Shown: piece after piece, positions 1 through 9,489 of the stretch
Numbering within the stretch: position 1 is the first letter of the stretch
Layout: the number at the start of each line of letters is the position of its first letter
NCBI RefSeq assembly: GCF_017876815.1
Contig: NZ_JAGIOS010000002.1
Location: forward strand, 150,001 to 182,000
Origin: Sinorhizobium meliloti
Lineage (GTDB): Bacteria > Pseudomonadota > Alphaproteobacteria > Rhizobiales > Rhizobiaceae
Length of the DNA: 32,000 bases
Direction: 5' to 3'
Program-made: the position numbers and the translations under genes
Notes under the pieces: model-generated
What the model was told of the DNA's origin: nothing
The model's input: only the letters and a program-made list of their open reading frames with translations
Database searches by the model: none

Positions 1-672
1 GACGTGCCGGTGCTTTTCTCGGGCCTGTGGATGTGGCTGCTTGCAGCGGTCACGGGCTTCGGCATGTGGGTCTTGTCACGGACGCAGCGCGACAGGCCCT
101 GGATAGCGAATGACGAGGAGGTCACGCCGGAGAAGGAGGAAGAGAGGGCGCGGAAGGAGGCCGAGGACAGCAAGAAGAAATCGCTGCGTGAGGTGGGCTG
201 GGCGACTGCGGGCTGCGGCGCCGTCATCATCGTCGCAGGCTATCTGCTGTCGCGTTCGGGAGACGCGATCGCCGAAGCGACCGGACTCGGCCAGAGCTTC
301 ATCGGTGCGGTCCTCGTGGCGATTGCCACGTCGCTGCCGGAAGTCAGCACGGTGTTCAGCGCCACGCGTGCCGGCCTCTATACCATGGCCATGTCGGACA
401 TCTTCGGCACGAACCTCATAGATCTGTCCCTTCTTTTCATCATCGATGTCACCGGAGGTGCCGACGCGGTGATGAACGGCGCCGGGCGCTTCGAGGCGTT
501 TGCAGCGCTGATCGCGATCACGGTCACGGCGATCTTCTTCATCGGACTGGTCGAACGGCGGGACCGGACAATCCTCAGGATGGGTTACGACTCCTTTGCG
601 GTCCTCAGCGTTTACCTGGCGGGGCTGGTCGTCCTCTATTTCCTGCGCGACACTGGCGGTGGAGGCGGATGA
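1..672 (+). CDS. CaCA-family (Na+/Ca2+ exchanger / YrbG-like) cation antiporter, C-terminal part; the reading frame is open to the window edge
   Basis: Multi-TM hydrophobic protein. It carries the exchanger alpha-repeat signature '...AIATSLPEVSTVFSATRAG...SDIFGTNLIDL' (G/A-T-S-x-P-E) after a charged Lys/Glu-rich loop. Its TGA stop at 670-672 overlaps the next ATG at 669-671. Confidence 0.7.
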   Translation, partial: DVPVLFSGLWMWLLAAVTGFGMWVLSRTQRDRPWIANDEEVTPEKEEERARKEAEDSKKKSLREVGWATAGCGAVIIVAGYLLSRSGDAIAEATGLGQSFIGAVLVAIATSLPEVSTVFSATRAGLYTMAMSDIFGTNLIDLSLLFIIDVTGGADAVMNGAGRFEAFAALIAITVTAIFFIGLVERRDRTILRMGYDSFAVLSVYLAGLVVLYFLRDTGGGGG

Positions 673-3194
673 TGGAACTGCCAAATCCCGATCCCCGGCC
701 CGAAGGCGAGGTCCGCGAACTGGAGCGCATCTGGGCGACGCCGCGCGGTTGGCGGCTGGTGACGGCTGTCAACAATACGGTGATCGGTCTTCTCTATCTC
801 GGCGTCGCGTTTCTCTTCTTCCTGATGGCCGGTCTGCTGGCCGTCGTGATGCGCACGCAGCTCGCCCTCGGCGACAATCGCCTCGTCGACCAGGACCTCT
901 ACAATCAGATGTTCACGGTCCATGGCACGACGATGATGTTCCTCTTTGCGGTGCCGGCGGTCGAGGCGCTCGGCGTCATGCTGCTGCCGCAGATGCTGGC
1001 GGCGCGCGACTTGCCCTTTCCGCGCCTCAGCGCCTTCGCCATCTGGGCCTACGTGGTCGGCGGGCTGGTCTTCTTCTCGACCATCTTCTACGACCTCGCG
1101 CCGAAAGGCGGCTGGTTCATGTATCCGCCGCTGACGCTCATGGAGTATTCGCCGGGTGACAACGCCGATTTCTGGCTGCTCGGCATCGGCTTCATCGAGA
1201 TTTCGGCGATCGCCGGGGCAGTGGAGATCGTCGTTGGCGCGCTGAGGACGCGGCCGCCGGGCATGTCGCTCGCCAAGATGCCGATCTTCGCCTGGACGAT
1301 GCTGATCTTCGCCAGCATGATCATGTTCGCCTTCCCGGCGGTGATCCTGGCGACGATGATGCTGGAGATCGAGCGGGCGTTCGGATGGCCCTTCTTCACA
1401 GCCGCACTCGGGGGAGATCCGCTGCTCTGGCAGCATCTCTTCTGGTTCTTCGGGCACCCGGAAGTCTACATCATCTTCCTTCCGGCCGCGGGCCTCGTCT
1501 CGATGATGGTACCGACGATGGCCCGCACGCCGCTCGTCGGCTATCACCTGATCGTCGTCGCCCTGATCGGCACCGGGTTTTTCAGCTTCGGGCTCTGGGT
1601 GCACCACATGTTCACGACAGGCATTCCGGCGCTGAGCCTCGCCTTCTTCTCCGCCGCCAGCATGGCGGTCGCCGTTCCCTCGGGCATCCAGGTCTTTTCC
1701 TGGATCGCGACCATCGCCGCGGGACGGGAGCGCTTCCGGATCACGACCGCATCGCTGTTCATTCTCGGCTTCCTGTTCATTTTCACCCTTGGAGGGCTTA
1801 CCGGCGTCATGGTGGCCATGGTGCCCTTCGACCATCAGGTACACGACACCTATTTCGTCGTTGCACATTTCCACTACGTGCTGATCGGCGGTTTCGTATT
1901 TCCGCTGTTTGCGGCGATCTATTACTGGATGCCGCTCTTCAGCCGCCGGATGCTCTCGGAACGGCTGGGCCGGTGGGTGTTCTGGCTGATCTTCATCGGC
2001 TTCAACGTGACCTTCCTGCCGATGCATCTGACCGGACTCAGAGGAATGCCGCGGCGAGTCTGGACCTATCCCGGCGAAATGGGCTGGGACACGCTGAACC
2101 TCATCTCCACGGTGGGGACCTATGTGCTTGCCGTCGGCGTTCTCGTCTTTCTGGTGGATCTCGCCGCGAAGTTTCGCCTCGGGAATGGGCCTCAGGAGAA
2201 CCCTTGGGGCGCGGGCACACTGGAATGGCTGCCGAACGACGTCTACTCGACCCGAAGCATTCCCCACATTACCAGTCGCGAACCGCTCTGGGACCGGCCG
2301 AGCCTCCCTCAGGAGGTACGCGACGGCCATCATTATCTTCCAAACGCTCCGACCGGCTGGCGAGAAACGATCGTGACCTCGCCGATCCATGCCCGTCCGC
2401 AATATGTCATCCAGATGCCCGGTCCCGGCTGGCCGCCTTTCCTCGCGGCCGTCTTCACGGCCGCGTTCTTCCTGCTGCTGACGGTCAAGATGGTGACGAT
2501 CGCGACCATCTGCGGAGTTCTCGCCATCGCCTTCATCCTAGTCTGGGCCTGGGGGCTCGACCCCGGGCCTTCGAAAGGCATGATCGAAATCGCCAAGGGC
2601 GTCCGTCTTCCCACCTATATGAGCGGCCCGACGTCGCACTCCTGGTGGGCGATGGTGGTCCTGATGTTCGTTGCGGCGTCCCTCTATCTCGCCTATGTCT
2701 TTTCCTACCTGTTCCTCTGGGTCGTCTCGCCGGAGGTCTGGGCACCAATCGGTTCCCCGGAACCACCGCCGCTTGGCTGGCCCTTGGGGTCCGCGGCGCT
2801 GCTTCTCGCCGGCTCGGGTATCCTATGGCTTGTCAGCCGCAGGCTGGGCGTGTTCTCGGCGTCGCGCGTGGCAATGTCGGTCGCTCTGCTTCTTTCGCTC
2901 GCCTGCCTGACGGGTGCGTTCGCACTTGAACTCCGGGGACACTTGGCGACTGGCTTGAGCCCCAAGGGGAACGCCTACGGAGCCATGGTTTATCTCGGCG
3001 CCGTTCTCTTCGCTCAGCTCGTCTTCGCCCTGGTGATCATGGGGCTGTTCGCAATGGCGCGGCATCTGGCCGCGAAGCTGGATGCCGTCCGGCGGGTGAC
3101 CTACGACAGCTACGCGCTGCTCTATCACTACACCGTCGCCCAGTCGCTGCTGGGCCTCGGACTGATTCACGGCTTCCCGCGACTGATCGGATAG
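669..3194 (+). CDS. Heme-copper (A-type) cytochrome oxidase subunit I fused to a subunit III-like C-terminal domain (841 aa)
   Basis: Canonical subunit I motifs are present: 'TVHGTTMMF' (low-spin heme His), 'WFFGHPEVYIIFLP' (CuB His, Glu and cross-linked Tyr), 'WVHHMF' (CuB His pair) and 'VAHFHYV' (the two heme His). About 290 further residues of additional TM helices ('HSWWAMVVLMF...') resemble subunit III, as in caa3-type fusions. Confidence 0.9.
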   Translation: MMELPNPDPRPEGEVRELERIWATPRGWRLVTAVNNTVIGLLYLGVAFLFFLMAGLLAVVMRTQLALGDNRLVDQDLYNQMFTVHGTTMMFLFAVPAVEALGVMLLPQMLAARDLPFPRLSAFAIWAYVVGGLVFFSTIFYDLAPKGGWFMYPPLTLMEYSPGDNADFWLLGIGFIEISAIAGAVEIVVGALRTRPPGMSLAKMPIFAWTMLIFASMIMFAFPAVILATMMLEIERAFGWPFFTAALGGDPLLWQHLFWFFGHPEVYIIFLPAAGLVSMMVPTMARTPLVGYHLIVVALIGTGFFSFGLWVHHMFTTGIPALSLAFFSAASMAVAVPSGIQVFSWIATIAAGRERFRITTASLFILGFLFIFTLGGLTGVMVAMVPFDHQVHDTYFVVAHFHYVLIGGFVFPLFAAIYYWMPLFSRRMLSERLGRWVFWLIFIGFNVTFLPMHLTGLRGMPRRVWTYPGEMGWDTLNLISTVGTYVLAVGVLVFLVDLAAKFRLGNGPQENPWGAGTLEWLPNDVYSTRSIPHITSREPLWDRPSLPQEVRDGHHYLPNAPTGWRETIVTSPIHARPQYVIQMPGPGWPPFLAAVFTAAFFLLLTVKMVTIATICGVLAIAFILVWAWGLDPGPSKGMIEIAKGVRLPTYMSGPTSHSWWAMVVLMFVAASLYLAYVFSYLFLWVVSPEVWAPIGSPEPPPLGWPLGSAALLLAGSGILWLVSRRLGVFSASRVAMSVALLLSLACLTGAFALELRGHLATGLSPKGNAYGAMVYLGAVLFAQLVFALVIMGLFAMARHLAAKLDAVRRVTYDSYALLYHYTVAQSLLGLGLIHGFPRLIG

Positions 3195-3201
3195 GTGCGT
3201 C

Positions 3202-3573
3202 ATGAACGATCCAATCCGCGAACCACCCATTGCCGGCGCAATTCTCTTTCTTCTGGCCGGGCCGATCCTTTGGGGTGGACATCTGCTTGCCGTCTATACC
3301 TTCCACGCCGTGGCATGCGCCGCCGGGGGCCCGTGGGCGACCACCATCGTTCCGGGATCCATCGTTGTGGCCACACTCGCCGCGGCCGGAGCACTCTTGC
3401 TGGCCTTCTCGTTTCCGGGAAAGCTCGCGCAAGCGCTGCGCTGTGCCGACCAGGGAGACGACCAGCCCTTCCTGATCCGCGCGGAACGCCTTCTGACAGT
3501 CCTGGCCCTAACGGGTGTCCTGTGGACCGGCTCGGGAGCACTCGCGCTTGCGCCATGCGCACAGTTCAGGTGA
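3202..3573 (+). CDS. Small integral membrane protein of unknown function (123 aa), probably co-transcribed with the oxidase
   Basis: ATG lies 8 nt after the oxidase stop. It has 3-4 predicted hydrophobic helices and GC-rich third codon positions in this frame. No recognisable CuA or heme-binding motif. Confidence 0.5.
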   Translation: MNDPIREPPIAGAILFLLAGPILWGGHLLAVYTFHAVACAAGGPWATTIVPGSIVVATLAAAGALLLAFSFPGKLAQALRCADQGDDQPFLIRAERLLTVLALTGVLWTGSGALALAPCAQFR

Positions 3574-3576
3574 TAT

Positions 3577-4635
3577 CTAAGCCGAACCGCGCAACATGAT
3601 CTCCGCGCTCAGCAAAATGCGTTCGTCCTCCCGAAAGGCTTCGCCGTTGCCGGATGTTTCGCCGAGCTTGAACAGGAGCAGTTCGATCGCCAGCCTGCCG
3701 ATTTCGTTGTAGTTCTGCGCGACCGTCGTCAGTGGCGGACAGGTGTAGCGGGACAAGGGATGGTCGTCGTGGCCGGCGACCCTCAGATCACTGTCGGCAT
3801 CGCGCCCGACCTTCAGGCCCGACTGAAACGCGGCGGCAATGACGCCGAAGGCGACGCGGTCGTTGGCGCAAAGAACGGTTTGCGTCGGGAAACCGCCCTT
3901 TGACAGGATGCGGAGCGTCTCGTCGAAGCCGAACTTCTCGAAGTCCCAGGAGGCATATGCCGTCGTCTCCACGACCTCCGGTTTCATCTTCAGTTGCCGC
4001 ATGGCCTCGACATAAGCGTCCTGGCGCGCCATGGCGTTGTTGTTGACCGGGGGCATGCCGAGATAGCAGGGCGGCCCGCCCGAACGGCAGAGATAGTCGA
4101 CCATCAGCCTGAAGCTCTGCCGGTTGTCGGTTCCGACGAAGGAGGAACTGTCGTCGAGCGGCGAGTCGACATAGATCAGCGGGATGCTTTGTCCGAGCGC
4201 ACTCAGCTTCTGGTGATGCGACTGGACGCCGAGCGGCGCGATGATCGCGCCGGCGACGTTCATCGACTTGAAGGTTTCGATCGCCCGTTCTTCCATCTCC
4301 GGCCTGCCGTCCGAGGAAAGGACGAAGGCGAGGAACCCCGCCTGATCGGCAATGTGCTCGATCCGGCGCGTCAGAGCCATGTAGAACGGGTCCGTCGAAT
4401 TGGGCACGATGACCCCGAGGATGTTGGTTCGGCGGCGGTTCAGGTTGACGGCGAAGATGTTCGGCCGAAAGCCGGATTGCTTTATCGCCGCCTCGATGGC
4501 GTCGCGCGTCTTCTTGCGCACCGATGAGGGATCGTTGAAATATTTGGAGACGGTGGGGCGCGACAGGCCGACGAACTCCGAAAAATCCTCCATCGTCTTG
4601 ATCTGTCTCGTCACGGTCGAAGCGTCCCCGCTCAT
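3577..4635 (-). CDS. LacI-family transcriptional regulator
   Basis: N-terminal HTH 'TMEDFSEFVGLSRPTVSKYFNDPSSVRKKTRDAIEAAIKQSGFRPN' followed by a periplasmic-binding-protein-like sugar-binding core. I chose the ATG at 4635; the ORF extends to a GTG at 4668, so the start is uncertain. Confidence 0.85.
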   Translation of the reverse strand: MSGDASTVTRQIKTMEDFSEFVGLSRPTVSKYFNDPSSVRKKTRDAIEAAIKQSGFRPNIFAVNLNRRRTNILGVIVPNSTDPFYMALTRRIEHIADQAGFLAFVLSSDGRPEMEERAIETFKSMNVAGAIIAPLGVQSHHQKLSALGQSIPLIYVDSPLDDSSSFVGTDNRQSFRLMVDYLCRSGGPPCYLGMPPVNNNAMARQDAYVEAMRQLKMKPEVVETTAYASWDFEKFGFDETLRILSKGGFPTQTVLCANDRVAFGVIAAAFQSGLKVGRDADSDLRVAGHDDHPLSRYTCPPLTTVAQNYNEIGRLAIELLLFKLGETSGNGEAFREDERILLSAEIMLRGSA

Positions 4636-4746
4636 CTGATTTGATCTTTCGGAATATTCACCGATCACGGCGCTTCCGCTAGAGCGGGTTGAGGAAAAGT
4701 GTCAGCGGTTTTCCGCCGCCCGCATCCCGCGTCTCAACTTCTTGAT

Positions 4747-6027
4747 CTAGACCCGGCACGCTGCGAAATAATCCTGCAGAACAGCGTCGACGGCGGCAAG
4801 TGCCAACGGCTTGGCCTGCGGCGCGACCTCGCCATTGCGAACGCGCGCGTAGCTGCCGGCGAGAAACTGGCTGATCAGCGTTTCCGGGATCGCGACGCCG
4901 TCGAGCAGAGACATGAGTTCGTCGACGGCTGCAGCGGCCTTCGGATGCGGCCAGTAATAGCGGATGCGGTCGCTATAGGAGAAGTGCCGCTGAAGTCGCT
5001 GCTCTTCCGCCGAGCCGTGGTAGTATTTTGCCCAGTTCGCCGGTTCCTCGCGCATCACCGCTTCCGTGACTTCGGCAAGCGTCCGCTCACGCGCAGCCGG
5101 AAAGAGAAAGGCAGCGATCTGGTCGAGGCCGTAGAGGGCTTCGCGAAGAGCAAAGGTGAGGCCGGGTCCGACCTTCAGGATCGCGAAGCCGTCGGCGACC
5201 AGTTCGCGAAGCGCATCCGGCGTCTGGTAATCGGTGGAATGGGCCTCGAAGACCATCCCGTGAAGTTGGCCCAGAGTGGCGCTGAGCTTTTCGGCCCTGG
5301 CACGATCATAGGCAATGACGTTCTCGTTGCCGAATTCCACGCCCGGCTGGACGACGGCGCCAACGACGCGGCTGAAGGCCCCGGCGGCGCCGGCCTCCTC
5401 GAACGCCGCGCGATGGACGCGCACGGTCTCGATGGCAGCTTCGGGAGCAGTCACTTCGAGGGTGTCTAGCTCCTCGAGCGCGCCGCCCGGTATCGGGACT
5501 TCGGTGCCGATGATGTAGACCGGGAGTACGCCCCCACGGCCGCCGACGGCATCCTCGGCGACGGCCGCCAGCCGCGCCGCGCGGGCCGCCGTGGTGGCGT
5601 CGGGCAACGCCGTCGGTTCGCCGGCGCATCCCATGCTGGTGTCGAGATGCAGCTTGGTGAAGCCGGCTTTCGCATAGGCCGTGATCATCGCCTCTGCCTT
5701 GGCCATCGCCTCATCGGCGGGGAGATGCTTCCAGGGATTGGGGCCGAGATGGTCGCCGCCGAGCAGGATCTTCTCCCGGGGGAATTCGATCCGGTCGGCG
5801 ATGGCGCCGACGAAGCGGGTGAAATCCTCAGGCGTCATGCCCGTATAGCCGCCGTCCTGATTGACCTGGTTACAGGTCGCTTCGATCAGCACCGGCGCTT
5901 TCTCCCGGTGTGCGCGCAGCATGGCAGCTTCGATGACGAGCGGGTGCGCGGAACAGATCGACGGTATTCCGCGCGGGCCGGGACGCTCGCTCCACCGGGC
6001 GATGTCGATGAGATGGTTCTCTTGCAT
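4747..6027 (-). CDS. GatZ/KbaZ/AgaZ-family protein (class II tagatose-bisphosphate aldolase accessory subunit family); likely a D-tagatose-6-phosphate 4-epimerase-type enzyme
   Basis: 426 aa with family-typical N-terminus 'GIPSICSAHPLVIEAAM...APVLIEATCNQVNQDGGYTGMTP'. It starts 2 nt after the kinase stop. There is no GatY/KbaY catalytic aldolase gene in the operon. Confidence 0.8.
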   Translation of the reverse strand: MQENHLIDIARWSERPGPRGIPSICSAHPLVIEAAMLRAHREKAPVLIEATCNQVNQDGGYTGMTPEDFTRFVGAIADRIEFPREKILLGGDHLGPNPWKHLPADEAMAKAEAMITAYAKAGFTKLHLDTSMGCAGEPTALPDATTAARAARLAAVAEDAVGGRGGVLPVYIIGTEVPIPGGALEELDTLEVTAPEAAIETVRVHRAAFEEAGAAGAFSRVVGAVVQPGVEFGNENVIAYDRARAEKLSATLGQLHGMVFEAHSTDYQTPDALRELVADGFAILKVGPGLTFALREALYGLDQIAAFLFPAARERTLAEVTEAVMREEPANWAKYYHGSAEEQRLQRHFSYSDRIRYYWPHPKAAAAVDELMSLLDGVAIPETLISQFLAGSYARVRNGEVAPQAKPLALAAVDAVLQDYFAACRV

Positions 6028-6029
6028 GA

Positions 6030-6971
6030 TCAGGCCTGTTGCTCGCTGATGAATCGTTCGAGTTCCGCGCGTGTCGAAGCGCCTTCCATAGGGCCGAAGT
6101 GCATGACGGCGCGGGCGCCGGAAGCGGCGGCGAATTCAAGGGCCTCGCGAGGGCTCGCCCCGTTGAGCCAGAAGCTGACGAAGGTGGCTCCGAAGCAATC
6201 GCCGGCCCCGGTCGGGTCGATCTCCTCGACCGGGAAGCCCGGCAGGGAGAGCGCCGCCCCGGCATCGAAATAGCTGGCGCCCGCCGCGCCGCGTTTGACG
6301 ACGACGGCTTTGATGCCGGATGCGAGGAGTTCCGCAACCGCCTGACTTTCCGTCTTTGCTTCGGTGAAGAGGAAAAGCTCGTCTCCGCTCGGCAGGAAGA
6401 GATCGGTCTCGGCGAGCACCGTAAGCAGCGCCTCGCGCATACCGGGGCTTTTGAGGATCTCCGGACGAAGATTCGGGTCGAAGGAGACCGTGCCCCCGCC
6501 GGCCTTGACGATGCCGATCGCGGCGAGAATGCTCTCGACCACGCTCGGCGCGTAGAGCGAAGAGCCCATGACATGGACATGGCTGCATTCGCCGACGAGC
6601 CGGGTCATGCGCTCGTCGAGCGTGATCTTGCCGCAGGCGCTGTCGCGGATGTTGAACACGAAAGCGCGGCTGCCATCGGGCCGGTAGCGGACGAAGGCGC
6701 TGCCGGTCGTGGCGAGCGGATCGACCTCGATGCCGGAAATGTCGACGCCGTCGCGCTTGAGGCGTTCGAGGTTGACCGTGCCGAAATCATCCCCTCCGAC
6801 GCGGGAGATGATCGCGCATGGCTGACCGAGCTTGCCGGCCTGGTCGATGAAGATGGCCGGTGCACCGGAAGGGAAGGGGCCGATGAGCGGCGTCGCCTTC
6901 CGGAACCCGTCACCCTTCTCGGTCGCGATGATCTCGACGAGAATCTCGCCGATCGTCAGTATCTTGTGCAT
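6030..6971 (-). CDS. PfkB-family carbohydrate kinase (candidate tagatose/ketohexose kinase)
   Basis: 313 aa with ribokinase-like motifs: N-terminal 'ILTIGEILVEI' and C-terminal 'DPTGAGDCFGATF' (the DTxGAGD anion-hole motif). Confidence 0.85.
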   Translation of the reverse strand: MHKILTIGEILVEIIATEKGDGFRKATPLIGPFPSGAPAIFIDQAGKLGQPCAIISRVGGDDFGTVNLERLKRDGVDISGIEVDPLATTGSAFVRYRPDGSRAFVFNIRDSACGKITLDERMTRLVGECSHVHVMGSSLYAPSVVESILAAIGIVKAGGGTVSFDPNLRPEILKSPGMREALLTVLAETDLFLPSGDELFLFTEAKTESQAVAELLASGIKAVVVKRGAAGASYFDAGAALSLPGFPVEEIDPTGAGDCFGATFVSFWLNGASPREALEFAAASGARAVMHFGPMEGASTRAELERFISEQQA

Positions 6972-6994
6972 GTGGATGTCACTCGTGTCGGGGT

Positions 6995-7957
6995 TCAGCG
7001 CTTTGCCTGCTTGGCACGGACGTCGAGCCAGACGGCGACGAGGATCACCAGTCCCTTGACGATCAGCTGGTAGAAGTAGGGGACGGAGAGCATGTTCATG
7101 CCGTTGTTCATGACGCCGATGATGAGCGCGCCGATCAGCGTGCCGACCATGGTTCCGACGCCGCCCGCAAGGCTGGTGCCGCCGAGAACGGCCGCGGCGA
7201 TGGCGTCAAGCTCGTAGCTCATGCCCGCATTGGTCTGTGCGGAGAACAGGCGGGAGGAAAGCAGCACGCCGCTGATGGCCGCCATCACGCCGGAGATCAT
7301 GAAGATCAGGATCTTCAGCCGGTCGACCTTGATACCGGAGTAGACGGCCGCCTCACGGTTGCCGCCGGTCAGATAGGCGCGCCGGCCGAAGCTCGTCTTG
7401 CTGAGCACGATCTGATTGATGACGAAGAGAACGGCGACGACCCAGATGATGATCGGCAGTCCCAGGAAGCTCTCGGTACCGATTGCGGTCCAGGTTTCGT
7501 TCTCGATCATGGCCGGTGCTCCGTTGGTCGGCAGGCTGACCATGCCGCGATAGATACCCATGGTCGCGACCGTGACGATGAAGGACGGCAAGAGCAGTTT
7601 GGCCGTCAGCACCCCGTTCAACATTCCCATCAGGGCGCCGGCGGCGAGCGTCAGCGCGATTGCCGGCGCGAAACCCATTCCGAAGGCAAAGCATTGCGCC
7701 CCGACCATTCCTGCCACCGCGATGATCGAGCCGACGGAAAGATCGATCTCGCCGAGCAGGATCACCCATGTCATCCCGAAGGCCGCGATCGCAACAACGG
7801 CGACCTGCTGCAGGATGTTCATGAAGTTTACAACCGTCATGAAGCGCGGGTTGAAGAAGGAAAAGACGATGCAGAGCATCACCAGCGAAAGGAAGATGCC
7901 GCCATATTGCTTGAGAGCCCGAACCAGGGCGGCTTTGGCTGCTGTGTTCTGTGTCAT
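6995..7957 (-). CDS. Sugar ABC transporter permease (RbsC/monosaccharide CUT2 type)
   Basis: 320 aa, about 8-10 TM helices, typical CUT2 permease sequence ('LLGEIDLSVGSIIA', 'GGNREAAVYSGI'). Its start overlaps the ATPase stop (ATGA at 7954-7957). Confidence 0.9.
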   Translation of the reverse strand: MTQNTAAKAALVRALKQYGGIFLSLVMLCIVFSFFNPRFMTVVNFMNILQQVAVVAIAAFGMTWVILLGEIDLSVGSIIAVAGMVGAQCFAFGMGFAPAIALTLAAGALMGMLNGVLTAKLLLPSFIVTVATMGIYRGMVSLPTNGAPAMIENETWTAIGTESFLGLPIIIWVVAVLFVINQIVLSKTSFGRRAYLTGGNREAAVYSGIKVDRLKILIFMISGVMAAISGVLLSSRLFSAQTNAGMSYELDAIAAAVLGGTSLAGGVGTMVGTLIGALIIGVMNNGMNMLSVPYFYQLIVKGLVILVAVWLDVRAKQAKR

Positions 7958-9465
7958 GATTGAAAACCTGTCGCGTGAGCCATGATCGTCTCTGGAGTGA
8001 GGGCAGAGCCTTCGAGCGTGGCGCCGGGCGCGCCCTCATGCATGACGACCACGCGGTCGCTCATTCCCAGGACTTCGGGCAGGTCGGAGGAGATCAGCAG
8101 AATTGCCGTTCCCTCGGCCGCCAGCTCGCGGATGATCTTGTAGATTTCGAATTTCGCGCCGACGTCGACGCCGCGGGTCGGCTCGTCGAGGATCAGCACC
8201 TTGGGTCGCGTGAGCAGCCACTTGGCGAGCACGATCTTCTGCTGGTTGCCGCCGCTGAGCGCCCCCGCCGGCGTTTCCAGCGAGTTCGTCTTGATCGAGA
8301 GCTTCCCGACCTGTTCGGATGCCGCGGCCCGTTCCGCGCCGTTGCGGATGAAGCCCAACCCTCCGGCGAAGTCTGCGAGAGCCGCCATGGATATGTTCCA
8401 CTCGACGCTATGGCCGAGGACGAGGCCCTCTTCCTTCCGGTTCTCCGTCACGAAACCGACGCCGCGGGCGATGGCCTGGTCCGGGGAACGGAACCGCACG
8501 ACCTCGCCATCGAGGCGCACCGTGCCTGCGGCGCTCTTCATGCCGAAAAGCGCGTTCATCACCTCCGAGCGGCCCGAACCGACAAGCCCGAAGAAGCCGA
8601 CGATCTCACCGGCGCGCACGTCGAAGGACACGTCCTGAAACTCGCCTTCGCGCGTCAGCCGGTCGACTGCAAGGACCGGGGCCCTGTCCGCCGCCACATG
8701 GTGCACCGGCGGTGGGTAGATTTCGTCCATGCGGCGCCCGACCATCAACGCGATGAGCGTCTCGATGGTGACCTCGTCGCGCGCATGCGTCGAGACATAT
8801 TCGCCGTCTCTGATGACGGTGATGTCGTCGCTGAGCCGCATGATCTCTTCCATGCGGTGCGAAATATAGATGATCGCGGCGCCGCGCTGCCTCAGCCGGC
8901 CGATGATCTCGAAGAGGATCTCGGCCTCGCTGTCGCTGAGTGAGGAAGTCGGCTCGTCCAGAATGACGACCTTGGCATCATGGCTCAGGCCTTTGGCGAT
9001 CTCGACGAGCTGTCGCTGGGCAATCGAGAGATTGCCGACCTTCTCCGTCACGTCGATGGGAAGTCTGAGGTCGGCTACGATCCGGTGCGCCTTCGCGACG
9101 AGCGCCTTGTCGTTGATGAAGCCGAAACGGCGCGGCTCGCGCGTGGCGAGGATATTCTCAGCGACCGTCAGATTGTTGCAGAGGCTCAATTCCTGGAAGA
9201 CGATCGCCAGCCCGAGCGAGGCGGCCTCCTGCGGGTTGGCGGGCCGGTAGGCCTGCCCGTCGAGAACGATCTCTCCTGACGTTGCCCCGTGCACGCCGGC
9301 GAGAATCTTCATCAATGTCGATTTGCCGGCGCCGTTTTCGCCGAGCAGCGTATGAACCCGGCCGCGCCGGACTTCGAGCCGCATCCCCTTGAGGGCGGCG
9401 ACCTGCCCGAAGGATTTGGTGACATCGGTGATCTTGAGAATGGTATCCGCAGCGGAACCATGCAT
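7954..9465 (-). CDS. Sugar ABC transporter ATP-binding protein with duplicated ABC domains (RbsA type)
   Basis: 503 aa. Walker A 'GENGAGKST', signature 'LSIAQRQ' and Walker B 'VVILDEPTSSL' in the first half; 'LSGGNQQK' and 'VLILDEPTRGVD' in the second half. Confidence 0.9.
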   Translation of the reverse strand: MHGSAADTILKITDVTKSFGQVAALKGMRLEVRRGRVHTLLGENGAGKSTLMKILAGVHGATSGEIVLDGQAYRPANPQEAASLGLAIVFQELSLCNNLTVAENILATREPRRFGFINDKALVAKAHRIVADLRLPIDVTEKVGNLSIAQRQLVEIAKGLSHDAKVVILDEPTSSLSDSEAEILFEIIGRLRQRGAAIIYISHRMEEIMRLSDDITVIRDGEYVSTHARDEVTIETLIALMVGRRMDEIYPPPVHHVAADRAPVLAVDRLTREGEFQDVSFDVRAGEIVGFFGLVGSGRSEVMNALFGMKSAAGTVRLDGEVVRFRSPDQAIARGVGFVTENRKEEGLVLGHSVEWNISMAALADFAGGLGFIRNGAERAAASEQVGKLSIKTNSLETPAGALSGGNQQKIVLAKWLLTRPKVLILDEPTRGVDVGAKFEIYKIIRELAAEGTAILLISSDLPEVLGMSDRVVVMHEGAPGATLEGSALTPETIMAHATGFQS

Positions 9466-9489
9466 GGCGGGCCTCCTTCAGCCGGACCG

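Noticed and set aside
636-2402. Long antisense ORFs opposite well-supported genes: 636..2402(-), 6039..7073(+), 7960..8943(+), 9528..10526(+), 13175..14065(+), 17832..19115(-), 18970..19923(-), 19853..20863(-), 21004..22677(-), 23271..24704(-), 24744..25562(-), 26613..27518(-), 27937..29028(-), 30955..31605(-).
   Set aside because: Their translations are Arg/Gly/Pro/Asp/His-rich, low-complexity and lack any family motifs. Each lies opposite a gene with clear domain signatures. Such stop-free shadow frames are expected in high-GC DNA.
3195-3599. Alternative overlapping ORFs in the region after the oxidase: 3195..3599(+), 3230..3475(+), 3200..3562(-), 3037..3432(-).
   Set aside because: Only the 3202..3573 frame gives hydrophobic helices and GC-rich third positions. 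The others are Arg/Pro/Ser-rich off-frame translations.
4640-4670. GAATATTC 8-bp palindrome within TGATC...GATCA upstream of the LacI-family gene, considered as an autoregulatory operator.
   Set aside because: The symmetry does not extend beyond 8 bp and it does not resemble the LacI/GalR operator pattern. An AT palindrome of this length can arise by chance.
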